Assembly (NCBI RefSeq): GCF_006345805.1
Contig: NC_043008.1
Coordinates: 18,042,001-18,106,000 of the forward strand
From: Octopus sinensis
Taxonomy: Eukaryota
Length of the DNA: 64,000 nucleotides
Direction of reading: 5' to 3'
Position 1 is the first letter of the stretch, and each line of letters opens with the position of its first letter. Of this stretch, positions 38,325 through 52,185 are shown one piece after another. The translations under genes were made by a program, and so were the position numbers. Below the pieces are notes generated by a model. That model worked only from the letters and a program-made list of their open reading frames with translations. It made no database searches and was not told the DNA's origin.

Positions 38325-40034
38325 CATATATGTATCTATGTATGAACGTATGTGTATTTCTCTCTACCTCTTCTCTCTCTCTCCCTATATATATATATAT
38401 ATGTATGTATATATACATATTGCATACACACATTTATATATATATAGAATTTATGCATATATATAAATATAAATATATATATTATTATTGATTTCTATCT
38501 AAGAAGTCTAGCAATTGGCAGTATTATATAAAATGTATGAATTAACGTGTAAAAGTATTTATAATATGGATGTATATGTACATACACGTATGCATCTATG
38601 TATATACACACGCACATCCGCTGACAGACATACACGACCGAGCACTCATTCTCTTTTATACACGCAAACACACATATACATATTGATTCGACGAAAAGCA
38701 AATTGCAATAAATGTCATATATAATAGATGTTTCTCTTGCATATTAACATTTTCTCTCGACATCATAGATTGGCATTTGAACAGAACGTTCAAAAGAGGA
38801 AAATAATATTTCATATACACTGCATATGTTGAGCATCATTCAGTTGCAGATAAGAATGAGTCCGTCGTATCAGTACTGAGTCTTGATTACTCATTACATA
38901 ACCCTGTTATATTTCCTTCTGCTGTTTAACAGGCATAACCCACGCAACACTCATGTAAATCTTACCTGATTCCGATAAGGATAATCCACAATTGATTGCC
39001 GTCGGAGAAGTCTAGCAATTGGCAGTATTATATCAAATTTGTGTGAGATAAATAAAGTATTTATTGATTGATGTAGCTTGGAAAAAAATGGCGAATGTTT
39101 GCTCTCGAGTTGGAAACGCTGTTGTGATATCAGGAAGTATCGTTTCATCAATTCTTTTTGATCGGTGGTATATGACGGATATGAAAGTCATTGCTATTGC
39201 ATTCACGTTAAATGAAATATCTGTATAAAAGAACATCTATTATTTCATTCCTTGTTGTATATATACCTCATTCTTCTAATCACATATTCTTACTGTTTAA
39301 CCGATAGACATTTATTAGACATTTATGTGTTCACACGAAAATTATATTGGAGAGCAAACTAATGGCTACAGCTAGCAATAAATTATACAAATGTGTAATA
39401 CCTGAATTTTTATTCTGTTATAAGAGCAGCGTAGAATGGCGCTAAGCATGGTTTTATTCAATTATCACACCCACAATACGTGTGTGGAAAGAATATATTA
39501 CTAGAAGCAACAGCTCACTTATTAAAGAATGAAGATCATACTAAATTTGAAAACGAAAAACCGCTTCGAATAATGCTTTTTTTTCCCCATATACCTCAAC
39601 AAAATTAATAACTGAAATTACAGTTTCTTTGATAACTTGTTAACTTTTATTTAAGAATAATTTTTTTTTAAGTAATATACTTTGCTGAGATCGTTTTCGT
39701 TTTGCTAAAGGTAATGAGCGCTTGTGCAGAAGACGAAAGAATCACGCATAAGAAGAAAGAATGCTGCTGATAGAATTCAGAGACAATGCAATTAAAGTAT
39801 CTTACTTTGGTATTGCGTTTTAAGAAATCGAAAGCGATTCGTCAAGGCCTTTATTATACTATTCGAACCACATGGAAACAATGCTTTTCTCATTTTCTGT
39901 TTCCTTCAATCTCAAATTCTTCATTGAATTAAAACAAAACAATATTCTGAAATTGGCTTATCTATACAAATTACGCGTGAACTTACTAAAGAAATCCGTC
40001 TAGAAAAAGATATCTCTTAAACTTATGATGTATT

Positions 40035-40585
40035 ATAGGCGCAGGAGTAGCTGTGTGGTAAGTAGCTTGCTTACCAACCATATGGTTCCGGGTTCAGTCC
40101 CACTGCGTGGCACCTTAGGCAAGTGTTTTCTACTATAGCTTCGGGCCGACCAAAGCCTTGTGAGTGGATGAGTGGATGAGTGGATTTGGTAGACGGAAAC
40201 TGGAAGAAGCCTGTCGTATATATGCATATATATTTTTTTTTCTAGTTTCAGCTCAGAACTGCGGCCATGCTGATGCACCATATATATATATATATAAATA
40301 TATATATATAAATATATATATATATGTGTGTGTGTATGTGTGTGTGTGTGTGTGCGTGTGTGTGCGTGTATGTTTGTGTGTCTTAAGTTTGTCCCCTAGC
40401 ATTGCTTGACAACCGATGCTGGTGTGTTTATGTCCCCGTCACTTAGCGGTTCGGCAAAAGAGACCGATAGAATAAGTACTGGGATTACAAAGAATAAGTT
40501 CCGGGGTCGAGTTGCTCGACAAAAGGCGGTACCCAGAATGGCCGCAGTCAAATGACTGAAACAAGTAAAAGAGTAAAGAGAGAGT
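40035..40585 (+). mobile_element. SINE family B (full length) with an embedded antisense CR1-like tail
   Basis: Full head-to-tail match; 40232-40280 is the reverse complement of the LINE 3' tail plus poly(A). Confidence 0.88.
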
Positions 40586-40929
40586 ATTAATAAGTCGGTA
40601 GTTACAAAATTTAACGAATGTGCACACTAGTCACAATCCACTATATTTGCTGCCTAGCGATAGAAGTTCCTAGTAAAATTGTATACCCAAAGAAAATGCG
40701 TTTATTAGTTGCAAATGTTTCATTTTCCAAGCATATGTAATATTAAAACGTCACACATCTTCCAGATTTTTAGATTATTGTGTAAGAGCTAACTAACTTT
40801 CAATTAAGAATACCTGAATGACAAATATGATTGCAGGCGTTTTTACACGTATAGCAAGCACATCATTTAAAATTTCTTAACAGACTATATTCATCAATAT
40901 ATTTAAATAATAATAATAATAATAATAAC

Positions 40930-41319
40930 AATGGAATGGAAGCACTCTGTCGGGTACGACGACGAGGTTCCGGTTGATCCGAATCAACGGAACAGCCTGC
41001 TCGTGAAATTAACGTGGAAGTGGCTGAGCACTCCACAGACACATGTACCCTTAACGTAGTTGTCGGGGATATTCAGCGTGACACAGAGAGTGACAAGGCC
41101 GGCCCTTTGAAATACAGGTACAGCAGAAACAGGAAGTAAGAGTGAGAGAAAGTTGCGGTGAAAGAGTACAGCAGGGATCACCACCATCCCCTGCCGGAGC
41201 CTCGTGGAGCTTTAGGTGTTTTCGCTCAATAAACACTCACAACGCCCGGTCTGGGAATCGAAACCGTGATCCTATGACCGCGAGTCCGCTGCCCTAACCA
41301 CTGGGCCATTGCGCCTCCA
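40930..41319 (-). mobile_element. tRNA-derived SINE family C (tail X) in (TAA)n
   Basis: Head TGGAGGCGCAATGGCCCAGTGG, B-box GGTTTCGATTCCC; flanked by TAA repeats. Confidence 0.88.
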
Positions 41320-41339
41320 AATAATAATAATAATGAATG

Positions 41340-41388
<49 letters not shown>

Positions 41389-41419
41389 CAATGATAATAA
41401 TAATAATAGAATTATCGAA

Positions 41420-41714
41420 TAGAGGCTTGATTGAATAAATTGAAACGGAAGGATGCAAATACTTTACTATACTAGAGTTCAATGAGATAATGGAAAAGGA
41501 AATGAAAGAGCAGCTGAGGATGGAGTATTTCCGAAAACTGAAGTTAGTGTTGCTCTCAAAATTAAGTGGATGGAGTAAAATCCAAGCAGTTAATAAGTGG
41601 GCGATAGCATCACTTCTGCATGGAGCGGGAAATATAAAATGGCAAAAGAGAGAAGTGAAGAAAATGGATACCAAGACCAGAAGAAATGTTGAGAGTACAC
41701 GGAACCTTCCACCC

Positions 41715-41716
<2 letters not shown>
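41420..41716 (+). mobile_element. R4/Dong-like (RLE-type) non-LTR element, post-RT fragment
   Basis: EYFRKLKLVLLSKLSGWSKIQAVNKWAIASLLHGAGNIKW..MDTKTR; TAA repeats on both sides. Confidence 0.7.
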
Positions 41717-41752
<36 letters not shown>

Positions 41753-41767
41753 TAAATAGATAAATAA

Positions 41768-42015
41768 ATACGCCCTTTTAAAGTCTAGCCAGGCTCATGG
41801 CCCCGGTTCCCCGGTTTCAACGGCGCATGTGTTCCCCAGCTGGACGGGACGCCAGTCCATCGCAGCGTTACTCATTTTTACCAGCTGAGTGGGCTTGAGC
41901 AACGTGAAATGAAATGTTTTGCTCAAAAACACAACGTGTCGCCCGGTCCAGGAATCGAAACCACAATCTTACGATCATGATGCCGACACCCTAACCACTA
42001 AGCTACGCGCCTCCA
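41768..42015 (-). mobile_element. tRNA-derived SINE family D (tail Z) in (TAA)n
   Basis: Head TGGAGGCGCGTAGCTTAGTGG, body GCGATGGACTGGCGTCCCGTCCAG; second copy at 60186-60430. Confidence 0.88.
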
Positions 42016-42016
42016 C

Positions 42017-42054
<38 letters not shown>

Positions 42055-42097
42055 TAATAATAATAATAAAAATAATAATATAATTATAATAATAATA

Positions 42098-42129
<32 letters not shown>

Positions 42130-42156
42130 GTAATAATAATTAATAATAATAAAAAT

Positions 42157-42710
42157 AAATGCCCTGATGCAGTACCAGGCAGTGGCTCTCATGGCTTCTG
42201 ATCTAAACTGATGGAAGTGTTATCATGTACATTGTTTTGTCTTGGTATAAAAGATGGGCTACAGCAAATATTCTGCTCAATACAACAGATTTGCTTGTCA
42301 GTTGTTGACCTTAACCAGTTGAGCATGTCCCTCAGTGGCTGACGATATGTGCATCTCTGATCACGAGCAGAAGTAGTGGGGAGCATCATAGCCATGTGTT
42401 GAGAGGGATTCTTTGGGGTTTGAATGATCCACCTCTGGAAACATGGGTGGTTCTTTCAACATCTTAAACAACCCTTATTCAGGGACCTTTTGAGCGGGAT
42501 GGGCTACTCAACCTGAAGAAAATTCTAACTGGGCCCCACCTGCAAGGTCATGTGCTGTTTATCTTGATATGAGATCACCATGTCGCGCACATATGGTTGT
42601 GATGCATGTGCCTGGTGTACCTTTATCAGACGGGTAGTCATGATGGGTATATTGGGCTTCGTATATTTTACCCCAGTGTCACTTTGATGGCATGCACTGC
42701 TCTCTCACTC
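42157..42710 (+). mobile_element. Unclassified ~550-bp non-coding insert bounded by (AAT)n
   Basis: GC-richer block with sharp ends inside AAT repeats; no ORF or Pol III boxes recognised. Confidence 0.5.
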
Positions 42711-42741
42711 AATAATAATAATAATAATATTAATATTAATA

Positions 42742-42780
<39 letters not shown>

Positions 42781-42792
42781 TTGATATTAATA

Positions 42793-42839
<47 letters not shown>

Positions 42840-43437
42840 TAAAAACTGTGTAAATAGTTATATCGATTTATGTAAAGAAGTAAACTCGAAAGATTATTTT
42901 ATATTTAAAATGAAATTGTTTACATTATTGAATCAGTTTGTTATTCATGAATGTCAATCAAGTATTTCTGTTTATTGAATTTAGAACACCAAATATGTTT
43001 TTTGTTCCATATATTCATACATTTATAAATAACTAGATTCAAATAGGCACACATGCGCAAAAGGTGAATGAAAATAGTCATCTGGGACCAAATGAACTGT
43101 CCTCTTCTCAACGTGTGACGTATAATTAATATAGTTAGGAGTCGGCATTAACTATCTGTTATCAGGGTAATCCAGGATTAGTCTGTTGGCTTGATTTGAC
43201 CCTAAGTGACAGCTTTACTCAAGAGACAGTCTTAAAAACGTGCATCTATTTATTTCATTTACATTTCCTTGTTCCGTTTTGATGTAAACATTATTTTAAA
43301 CTGTCCATGCAATGTCAGCTAATCCGTCGTCTGATAACACATATATGAATATATAACAACAACAGCGATAACAACAACAACGACTCCAACAACAATGATA
43401 ACAATAATGATGATGATGATGATGATGATGATGATAA

Positions 43438-44500
43438 TACTTGTTCACTAATAGATGTAAGTGTTCCCACCGATAAAAATATATCTGTCAAGGAATTTGA
43501 CTAAGTAAATATAAGGACCTGGACATTGAAATACAAAAGATGTGGCATCTTAAAACGAGAACTGTACCTGTTATTGTACCTACCCTAGGTATGATGAAAA
43601 AAGGGGTGTCCGAAACGTCCAGATAAAATCCCAGGAGAGCCATGTCTCAGATAAATCCAAAAGATGTACTGACAAGCAGTACCCACATCCTTAGATAAAC
43701 CCTATCCATTTAAATATCTGTGTTGTATTACATGAAGATATTTCATTACCTTCCCTCCTCAAGCTTTCAGTCGTATGGTAACATCTCTTATCTTTCACTC
43801 GCCCCAGGATGCTAGCAAGTGATTGTAACAAAGATGCGGATTAAAAGTAATAATAATAATAACAATAATAACAATAATGACAATGTGTCTCTAAAAGAAA
43901 TGGAGAAACTCTCAAAATACAAAGACCTTGAAATAGAGGTAACCAGAATGTGGAATCTAAAAACAGAAACAATTCCTATCATAGTAGGTGCATTAGGCAT
44001 GATAAAAAAATATTCAGACAAATATATAACAATAACACCAGGACTTACAAACACATATAACATACAGAAAATTGCATTACTAGGCACTGCACACATCCTA
44101 CGCAGAACACTTTCCATACGATACCCATCAGAGCATCACAACAAATCACAGCACATATCCAAGGCACACAGAGCTGCGCTCGGTAGTGAAGTGAAAGTAC
44201 GCTATAAAAAATAAAACTACTGAATAATAATAATACTCTTAAGTACGAAATAGCCCGGTGATGGAAAAGGAAGAAGGTGAGAATACTGCCAATTATCGTT
44301 AGTTCCGTGGGAAAAGTATCAGAATGCATCAAGATGAATATAAAGGAAATAGGAATGGAGTGCCCAGGTACAAAAGGGTTGCTTCCCTCTCACGGCTAGA
44401 ATAATCAGTAAAGTATTAGATCGTTGAAAACGAACAGATTGCCTAGTACAGTAAGCTGCAGGCAGGAAGCCCGTTACGCATGAAAGACTCCAAGGATGAG
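43438..44500 (+). mobile_element. Three tandem 3' fragments of R4/Dong-like elements (RLE endonuclease C-terminus)
   Basis: ~43438-43720 LIDVSVPTDKNISVKE..SKYKDLDIEIQKMW; 43880-44215 KEMEKLSKYKDLEIEVTRMW..IQKIALLGTAHILRRTLS; ~44265-44500 KKVRILPIIVSS..ARII.KVLD. Confidence 0.75.
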
Positions 44501-45239
44501 AAGAAGAAGAATCCTTTATCACAAGGCATGAAATTTTAGGGTAAGATTAATCGATAACATCGATCCTGATGCTCAGCTCGTTCTTATTTTATCGACCACG
44601 AATGAATGAAAAGTAATGCTGGCCCCGATGAGACTTAAGTCAGAATGGAAGGAAAGTCGAAATGCCTTAAATATTTTATCCAGTGTGCTACTGATTCTGC
44701 CCCCTCACTGCTATTTTTTAAAGTTGCTTGGGTTGTTGCTTCCGTTGTTACTAGCCCCACTTATTCACATATGTAGGAAGACAAGGCATTGCCGTCTTAA
44801 GACAAGAACTCACAGCGCATATAACCACGGGCGCCTTAAATATATAGGAAACCAATGATATGTATTTTGTGATTGCGTTTATATAAGCCACAGAGAAATG
44901 CTTTCCTCGATGATCTATAATGTTATTAAACGGCCCTGAGTGTAGCATTGTGTTTTACTAGAATGCGTGCTTATACAATGCACCCGTTTTCTTTTAACTT
45001 TGTTGCCGTTGTCGTTCGGATGTTGCTGTAGTTAATTTAATTATCATCTGTTTGGTTGCATGAATACATTAATGCTTTATGGTGATTCAGTGTCATAACT
45101 CTTATGATCAACAGCATTAGGTTTGGTTACAGAGTACATATTACATGCAGATGGCGTGATTTGGCGATGATAGAATGAAAAGGGTGTTAGCGCTGTTAGT
45201 GCTGTGCAAGTTACCATTATATGATAAATAGGTACATTA

Positions 45240-45575
45240 TCAGTACATTATCATCATTATTATTATTATCATCATCTTTATTATTATTATTAATATTATT
45301 ATTATCATCATCATTATTATTATTAATATTATTATTATCATCATCAATATTATTAATATTATTATTATCATCATCATCATCATTATTATTATTATTAATG
45401 TTATTATTATAATCATCATTATTATTATTAATATTATTATTATCATCATCATCATTATTATTATCATCATCATCATCATCTTTATTAGTATTATTATCAT
45501 CATCATCATCTTTATTATTATTATTATCATCATCATCATCATCATCATCTTTATTATTATTATTATTATTATTAA
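45240..45575. repeat. Compound (ATT)n/(ATC)n microsatellite
   Basis: Direct reading. Confidence 0.95.
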
Positions 45576-46295
45576 TAGACATGCTATAACTACCGTATTT
45601 TGCTGAGGAAATAAATAATTAAAGTAAGCATAATACTATACTATTCTCATAAACTCTATCACTATTTATTACCATTATACTGGGTATGTGTTAAAGTTTA
45701 AATTATTATATTGTTATGTATGTTATTACTTCTATATTATTGCAATTAAATTTAGTATATTAGCATTATTAATATCATTCTCTGACAATACACAATTATT
45801 ATCATTATATTAATAAATTAATCCAGTAGAATTACTACCATTATTCTCATAAAATACACAGTTCTTATCACTATAATAAATGCTGTATTATGGTGTTATA
45901 ATGAAAGAGCTGCCTTAGGATATTTTTCAGCGAATCTTTAAAGATTTCATTTGATATTTTTGTCTGATAGTTAAATTGAATTCCAGCGCAGATGTGACTG
46001 TCTTGCTGCGAGAATAAGCAAAATAACATTATCCTATTATCATATTAATAATAACATTGTAAGAAAAAAAAATACCAAAAAGAGTTGTGAATTGAAATAA
46101 AATTGTATCTTGTATTACTAATTTCAGATTAATTTCAAGAATTATTTGAGAGAGGATAAAAGACTATGCAAAGATGTGTATGCGTTCCTGTGTACGTGTA
46201 TACATACAAATATACACATATACATATATACACACACACACACAAACATATATATATATATGTATATATATTGTAAATATATATGTATATGTATG

Positions 46296-46336
<41 letters not shown>

Positions 46337-46364
46337 TATATTGTAAATATATAGTATATGTTTG

Positions 46365-46395
<31 letters not shown>

Positions 46396-46554
46396 GTAAA
46401 TATATACGTATATGTATGTATATATATATATATAATATATATATATGTAAATATACTGTATATGTATGTATTATATATATATATATATGTTGTAAATATA
46501 TATGTATATGTATGTATATATATATATATATATATTGTAATATATATGTATATG

Positions 46555-46593
<39 letters not shown>

Positions 46594-46661
46594 AAATATA
46601 TATGTATATGTAATGTATATTAATATATTATATATATAGATATGTAATATATATGTCTATG

Positions 46662-46696
<35 letters not shown>

Positions 46697-46781
46697 AAAT
46701 ATATATGTATGTATTTTTATATATATATATATTGTAAATATATATTATATGTATTATATATATATATATATATATATTGTA

Positions 46782-46823
<42 letters not shown>

Positions 46824-47084
46824 ATTTGTAAATATATATGTATCTGTATGTCTATATATATATATATGTATATGTATATCTATCTTATATATATATGTAT
46901 ATGTATATCTATATATATATATATATATAATATTGTATATGTAATATATATATATATATGTATTGTATATTGTATCATATATATATATATCTGTATATGT
47001 ATGTTGTATATATATATATATATATATGTATATGTATATATTACTATATATATATATGTATATGTTATAATATATATAATATAT

Positions 47085-47945
47085 GCAGGTAAGTTCCAGA
47101 CCCTGCGCTACTGGCAACACAGGTAAATGACGTGAAGACTGGATCTTGACTGGCCCAGGATGAATTGCAATCCCTGAGTCAAAACAGTGCGTGACCTGGG
47201 CATTGACATGAGCAATGAAGAATCTTTCCAAATGCATATTGCTAATCTGGTATAAATGCAGACGGCTAGCTGGATGGATTCTCCGAACTTTCAGAACAAG
47301 AGAGAAGGAGACACTGATGGTCCTATGGAAAACATTTGTCCTCAGCCGCTTGGACTACTGCTCCCAACTTTGGTCACCACACATATAACACAAACAGCAG
47401 AACTCGAAGCAACTCAGAGAAGCTACACAAGAAAATCGTCTCAATGCAAAATGTCAGCTACTGGGAAAGACTGAAGGTATAAACCTCTTCTCCCTGGAGG
47501 CGGAGGCGGGAGAGATATGCAGTAATATACATCTGAAAATCCTGGAGGGTCTTATCCCAAACTTGGCATTCAAAGTTACTCCAACCGCAGAACGGGGCGC
47601 GCTGCGTGGTGCCAGGATTCCACATCACCATCAAAATACAGGTCCAGATACTGCAACAGCTTGGTTTTCAGAGGACCACAGCTTTTCAACATCCTCCCTA
47701 AATGCCTGAGAGACTTACATGGTGTGGATGTGGGTTTTCTTTAACTAAACTGGATCTCTTCTGTTGGAGTCCCAGATGAACCTACTCACGACAGGAGACA
47801 CGGATGCGGGCAGCAGCATCGAAACTCCCTTGTTGATCAAGTGCCACGTATCAGAGGTGGAGTCACAAACTAGTTGGCTCATTCAGCGTGGTGCCCCATC
47901 ATGGCCGCGGCCTTCGGGCTAAAACATTTTTAAGGATTTAAGGAT
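47085..47945 (+). mobile_element. CR1-like LINE 3' fragment (frameshifted)
   Basis: Homologous to 51240-52099 along its length. Confidence 0.85.
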
Positions 47946-47946
47946 T

Positions 47947-47977
<31 letters not shown>

Positions 47978-47996
47978 GTATATGTATATATATATG

Positions 47997-48057
<61 letters not shown>

Positions 48058-48450
48058 ATATATATTAATATATATATCATATATATATGTATATATAATA
48101 TATAATATATATGTATATATATATATATTATATATATATGTTTTTATATATATATATATTATATATATATATTATGTATATATATATAATATATATATAT
48201 TATACTATATATATATATATATATATATATCTATATATTATATATATCCATATCATAAATTTTATACATATGTTTATAAATATAAACACAGACACACAAC
48301 ACACAGACACACACGCATATATATGCAATGATATGAGAGGTATTGTTATCCACGAGATGGCAGGTAAGACTATGTATGTGCTACGGATTGACTCGATATT
48401 AATACGAGTGAAAAGTCTAACGAGGGTTTTGTTTGAGCATGTATATCTCA

Positions 48451-48783
48451 AATAAAATGAGACAACAAAGTGAAGACTGTGTGGAATTTTTAGAACATTT
48501 ATAAAGAGAGAGAGTTAGTACCACAGCTGTTTCTGGGATATTAGTGATAACCCTTCATCAGAGGCGATATGACAGTGTTAAACAGAGAGAAATAGTAGAG
48601 TTTAATATAAGGGTCCAAAATAACTCCTTATATTAATCTCTACTATTTCTCTCTATTTAACTCTCTCATATCGTTTCTAGCGAAGGGACATCCCCAATAT
48701 TCCAAAAACAACTGTAAGGCTAACTCTCTTTATAACTGTCCTAAGCGTTTCACACAACCTTGGCTTTGTTGTCTCATTTTATT
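48451..48783. mobile_element. Fold-back Penelope-like repeat with a degenerate HHR in each arm
   Basis: AATAAAATGAGACAACAAAG (48451) inverted at 48764-83; minus arm CUGAUGA..GAAAC-AGCU-GUG; plus arm ..AAAAC-AACU-GUA-AGGC. Confidence 0.7.
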
Positions 48784-48829
48784 GAACCTATATATATACA
48801 TATATATATATATATGTATGTATAGATTA

Positions 48830-49570
48830 TTCTACTTCGTCTACCTTGCTGGCAACTCTTTTGCTTTTTTCCAGCAATCACCTTTCATATATTTGTTTTC
48901 TGACTACCTTTTGTCTCCGACCTGTACTTCCCAGTTCTAAAGGTCGATCAAATTGCAACAGTATGTCTTTCATACAGTTCTTGAAGTGAGAGCCACAAAA
49001 TATTTGCTGATGCCATTTTATTTTCCGCCAGTTCTCCGTTAAGGGACTGCTTAGGGATATGAATATAGGCCGGTCATATTGGATGTCCTGCTCAGCTAAA
49101 GTGGTGCTCGTGTTATGAGCTTCTATGCTGAGAGTATCAGCTAGTTTCAGTACGTATGTGTCTAGAACATATAATATTCAGCGAAGGCTTAAAATCGATC
49201 TCAGGTGATGCAAATGGAAGCGCTCCAGAATGATTCAATATTTTCTGTAAACCAGACAGGTATCGCATGAAGTTTGGCTGGTTTACAGGTAACACTTAAA
49301 TCTACTCATAAGAGCACGGGCATTATGGACCCCCTTCTTCGTTTTCTTTTTTCAGGTCTTTCTGAGACAACACACGGCCTAGAAGCCCAAACTAAGCATC
49401 AGTCGCTACCTTAAGTCAGAGAGATATTTCATCATCAAGGGAGTTGTGAAGGTTTATCGCAACTTCGAGGTAGATGAAGTTGTTAACAACATTCAGTTTC
49501 TTATCGTTTTTGTAGATGACTGTTTTCACATAGGTTGTGTCTTGTGCTGGCATGTCAAATGTTTTATCCA
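48830..49570 (-). mobile_element. Decayed RTE LINE fragment
   Basis: GLTISLDKT..LNVVNNFIYL..SLDDEI and an IPKQ..GEL-type remnant. Confidence 0.75.
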
Positions 49571-49595
49571 GACTGATCGTCAGACCGCATATATG

Positions 49596-49764
49596 TAGAG
49601 GCATGGCTGTGGGGTAAGAAGCTGGCGTCTGAACCGCATGATTCTAGATTTAGTCCCACTGCCTGGCACCTTGAGGAAAAGACTTCAACTGCAGTGTGAG
49701 GCCGACTAAAGCGTTGTGAATGGATTTTGTAGGCGAAAACTGAAAGAAGCCCATCATATATATA

Positions 49765-49795
<31 letters not shown>

Positions 49796-50003
49796 TTGTG
49801 TGTCTTGGTGTCTCTGTTTCTCCGTAACACCGTTTGACAGTCGGTGTTGGTGAGTCTAATTTCCTTAAACTTAGCGGTTCGGCAAGAATGTATAATAGAA
49901 TAAATGCCGGGCTTAAGATACAAATCTTGTTGGGGTCGGTGTGTTCGACTAAACCATTCAAGGTGCTGCTCCAGAATAGTCACAGTCATGCGACTGAAAA
50001 AGA
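49596..50003 (+). mobile_element. SINE family B (diverged, full length)
   Basis: Head, CORE-like part and tail hairpin CAGTC-ATGC-GACTG. Confidence 0.8.
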
Positions 50004-50393
50004 TTATATATATATATATATATTATATATATATATATATACAAATAAAATAAACAAACAAGCACAATTCTATAAAACAATTCAAAATTAAATTGTTAAA
50101 ACACGTTTCTGAATTTGATAGGAAAGAAAGAAATATCCCAGACATATTCCACATAAAGACATATGTATATATATATAAAGATATATGTAAAAATATATAA
50201 TGTGTGTGTGTGTGTGTGTGTATGCATATGTGTGTGTATGTGTGAGGAAATCATGCTGTGTGTGAATATGATTCGTATTACTTCAAGTAAATCTTATTTC
50301 TTAAAGGGAGACTCTCTTCTTTCTTTTCATTCTACTGACATGAGTTTAAAAGTTCTATTTCAAAGTATATATATATATATATATATACATGTA

Positions 50394-50424
<31 letters not shown>

Positions 50425-50451
50425 CTATATATATATATATATATTATATAT

Positions 50452-50499
<48 letters not shown>

Positions 50500-50613
50500 A
50501 TGTATAATATATATGTATATATATATGTATATATATATATGTAATATATATGTATATATATATACATATATATCTATATATATCATAATATATATATATT
50601 ATATATATATATA

Positions 50614-50667
<54 letters not shown>

Positions 50668-50679
50668 AATATTATATAT

Positions 50680-50710
<31 letters not shown>

Positions 50711-50754
50711 TATGTATATATTATATATATATATATAATATATATATTATAATA

Positions 50755-50789
<35 letters not shown>

Positions 50790-50837
50790 ATGTGTTTATA
50801 TATAATATTGTAGATATATATATATATATCTATATAT

Positions 50838-52099
50838 AATGTGGAAGTGATTATATCGACTTTGCAAAGGCCTTTGATAAAATCGATCATGGAATGATAT
50901 GTCACAAACTGCGTGATCTCAACATAGTTGGAAAACTGGGAGAATGGCTTCATGACTTTCTGAAAGATAGAAGTCAGGTGGTAGTAGCCAATGGGGCCAC
51001 TTCCATTAACACGCAAATAGTGAGCGGTGTTCCGCAGGGCACTGTTCTGGGACCACTACTGTTCATAATGGCCCTCTCAGACATGCCCTCAGCCACGCAG
51101 AGGAGACACGATCACAAGTTATGCAGATGATACAAAAGTTTCACAGGCAATACAGACCCTGAGGACACTAAACGCCTGCAATGTGAGCTGGACGAAATAT
51201 ACAAGTGGGCTGAAAAGAATAGCATGCAGTTCAATGCTGAAAAGTTTCAAGCTTTATACTATCAGCATGCAAAACTAAATGCAATACCTAATGAATACAC
51301 TGGACCCGGAGGAATAGCAATCCCAGAGGCACAATCAGTGCGTGACCTAGGTATTTACATGAGTGATGACGCAACCTTTCGTGTACATGTTGCTAAATTG
51401 GCAATGAAATGTAGACGACTGGCCGGATGGATTCTCAGAACTTTTAGAACAAGAGAATAAGAAACCATGATGGTCCTCTGGAAGACACTTGTCCTAAGCC
51501 ACTTTGACTATTGCTCTCAGTTATGGTCACCATCCAGTGTCAAGTTGATCACAGAGCTCGAGGCGATCCAGCGTAGCTACACGAAGAAGATAGCCTCTAT
51601 GCAGAATGTAAGCTACTGGGAAAAACTCAAGAGATTAAAACTATATTCCTTGGAGCGTAGGCGGGAAATATATACCATAATATACATCTGGAAGATCCTG
51701 GATGGACGTGTCCCAAACTTTGGCATCGAGAGTTACACAAATGCCAGAACTGGGCGCCACTGCGTGGTGCCTAGGACTCCAAATTTGCCATCAAGATGTA
51801 GGACAAGATACTGTGATAACCTGGGCTTCCGAGGCCCACAACTCTTCAATATCCTCCCGAAGAACCTGAGAGACCTGCATGGGGTGGATGCAGATGTCTT
51901 TAAAATGAAGCTGGATCTCTTCCTGTCAGGTGTCCCAGATGAACCAACTTCACGGCAGGAGGTGCAGATGAGGGCAGCTGCATCGAACTCTCTCATGCAC
52001 CAAATGGCAGTTGCTAAAAAGCTTTCGTGAAGTAAAACCAAGTAGCAACACCAAATGGCGGTGCCCCAGCATGGCCACAGCTCATGAGCTGAAACTAGA
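50838..52099 (+). mobile_element. 5'-truncated CR1-like LINE: RT domain, C-terminus and 3'UTR
   Basis: [61 protein letters not shown]; about two frameshifts and one stop; (ATCA)n tail. Confidence 0.92.
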
Positions 52100-52109
52100 A
52101 TCAATCAAT

Positions 52110-52138
52110 CAATCAATCATATGTTTATATATATATCT

Positions 52139-52185
<47 letters not shown>

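Noticed and set aside
41508-41550. CTGAGGA-TGGAGTATTTCC-GAAAA hammerhead look-alike
   Set aside because: No stem I; it lies in R4-like coding sequence (QLRMEYFRKL).
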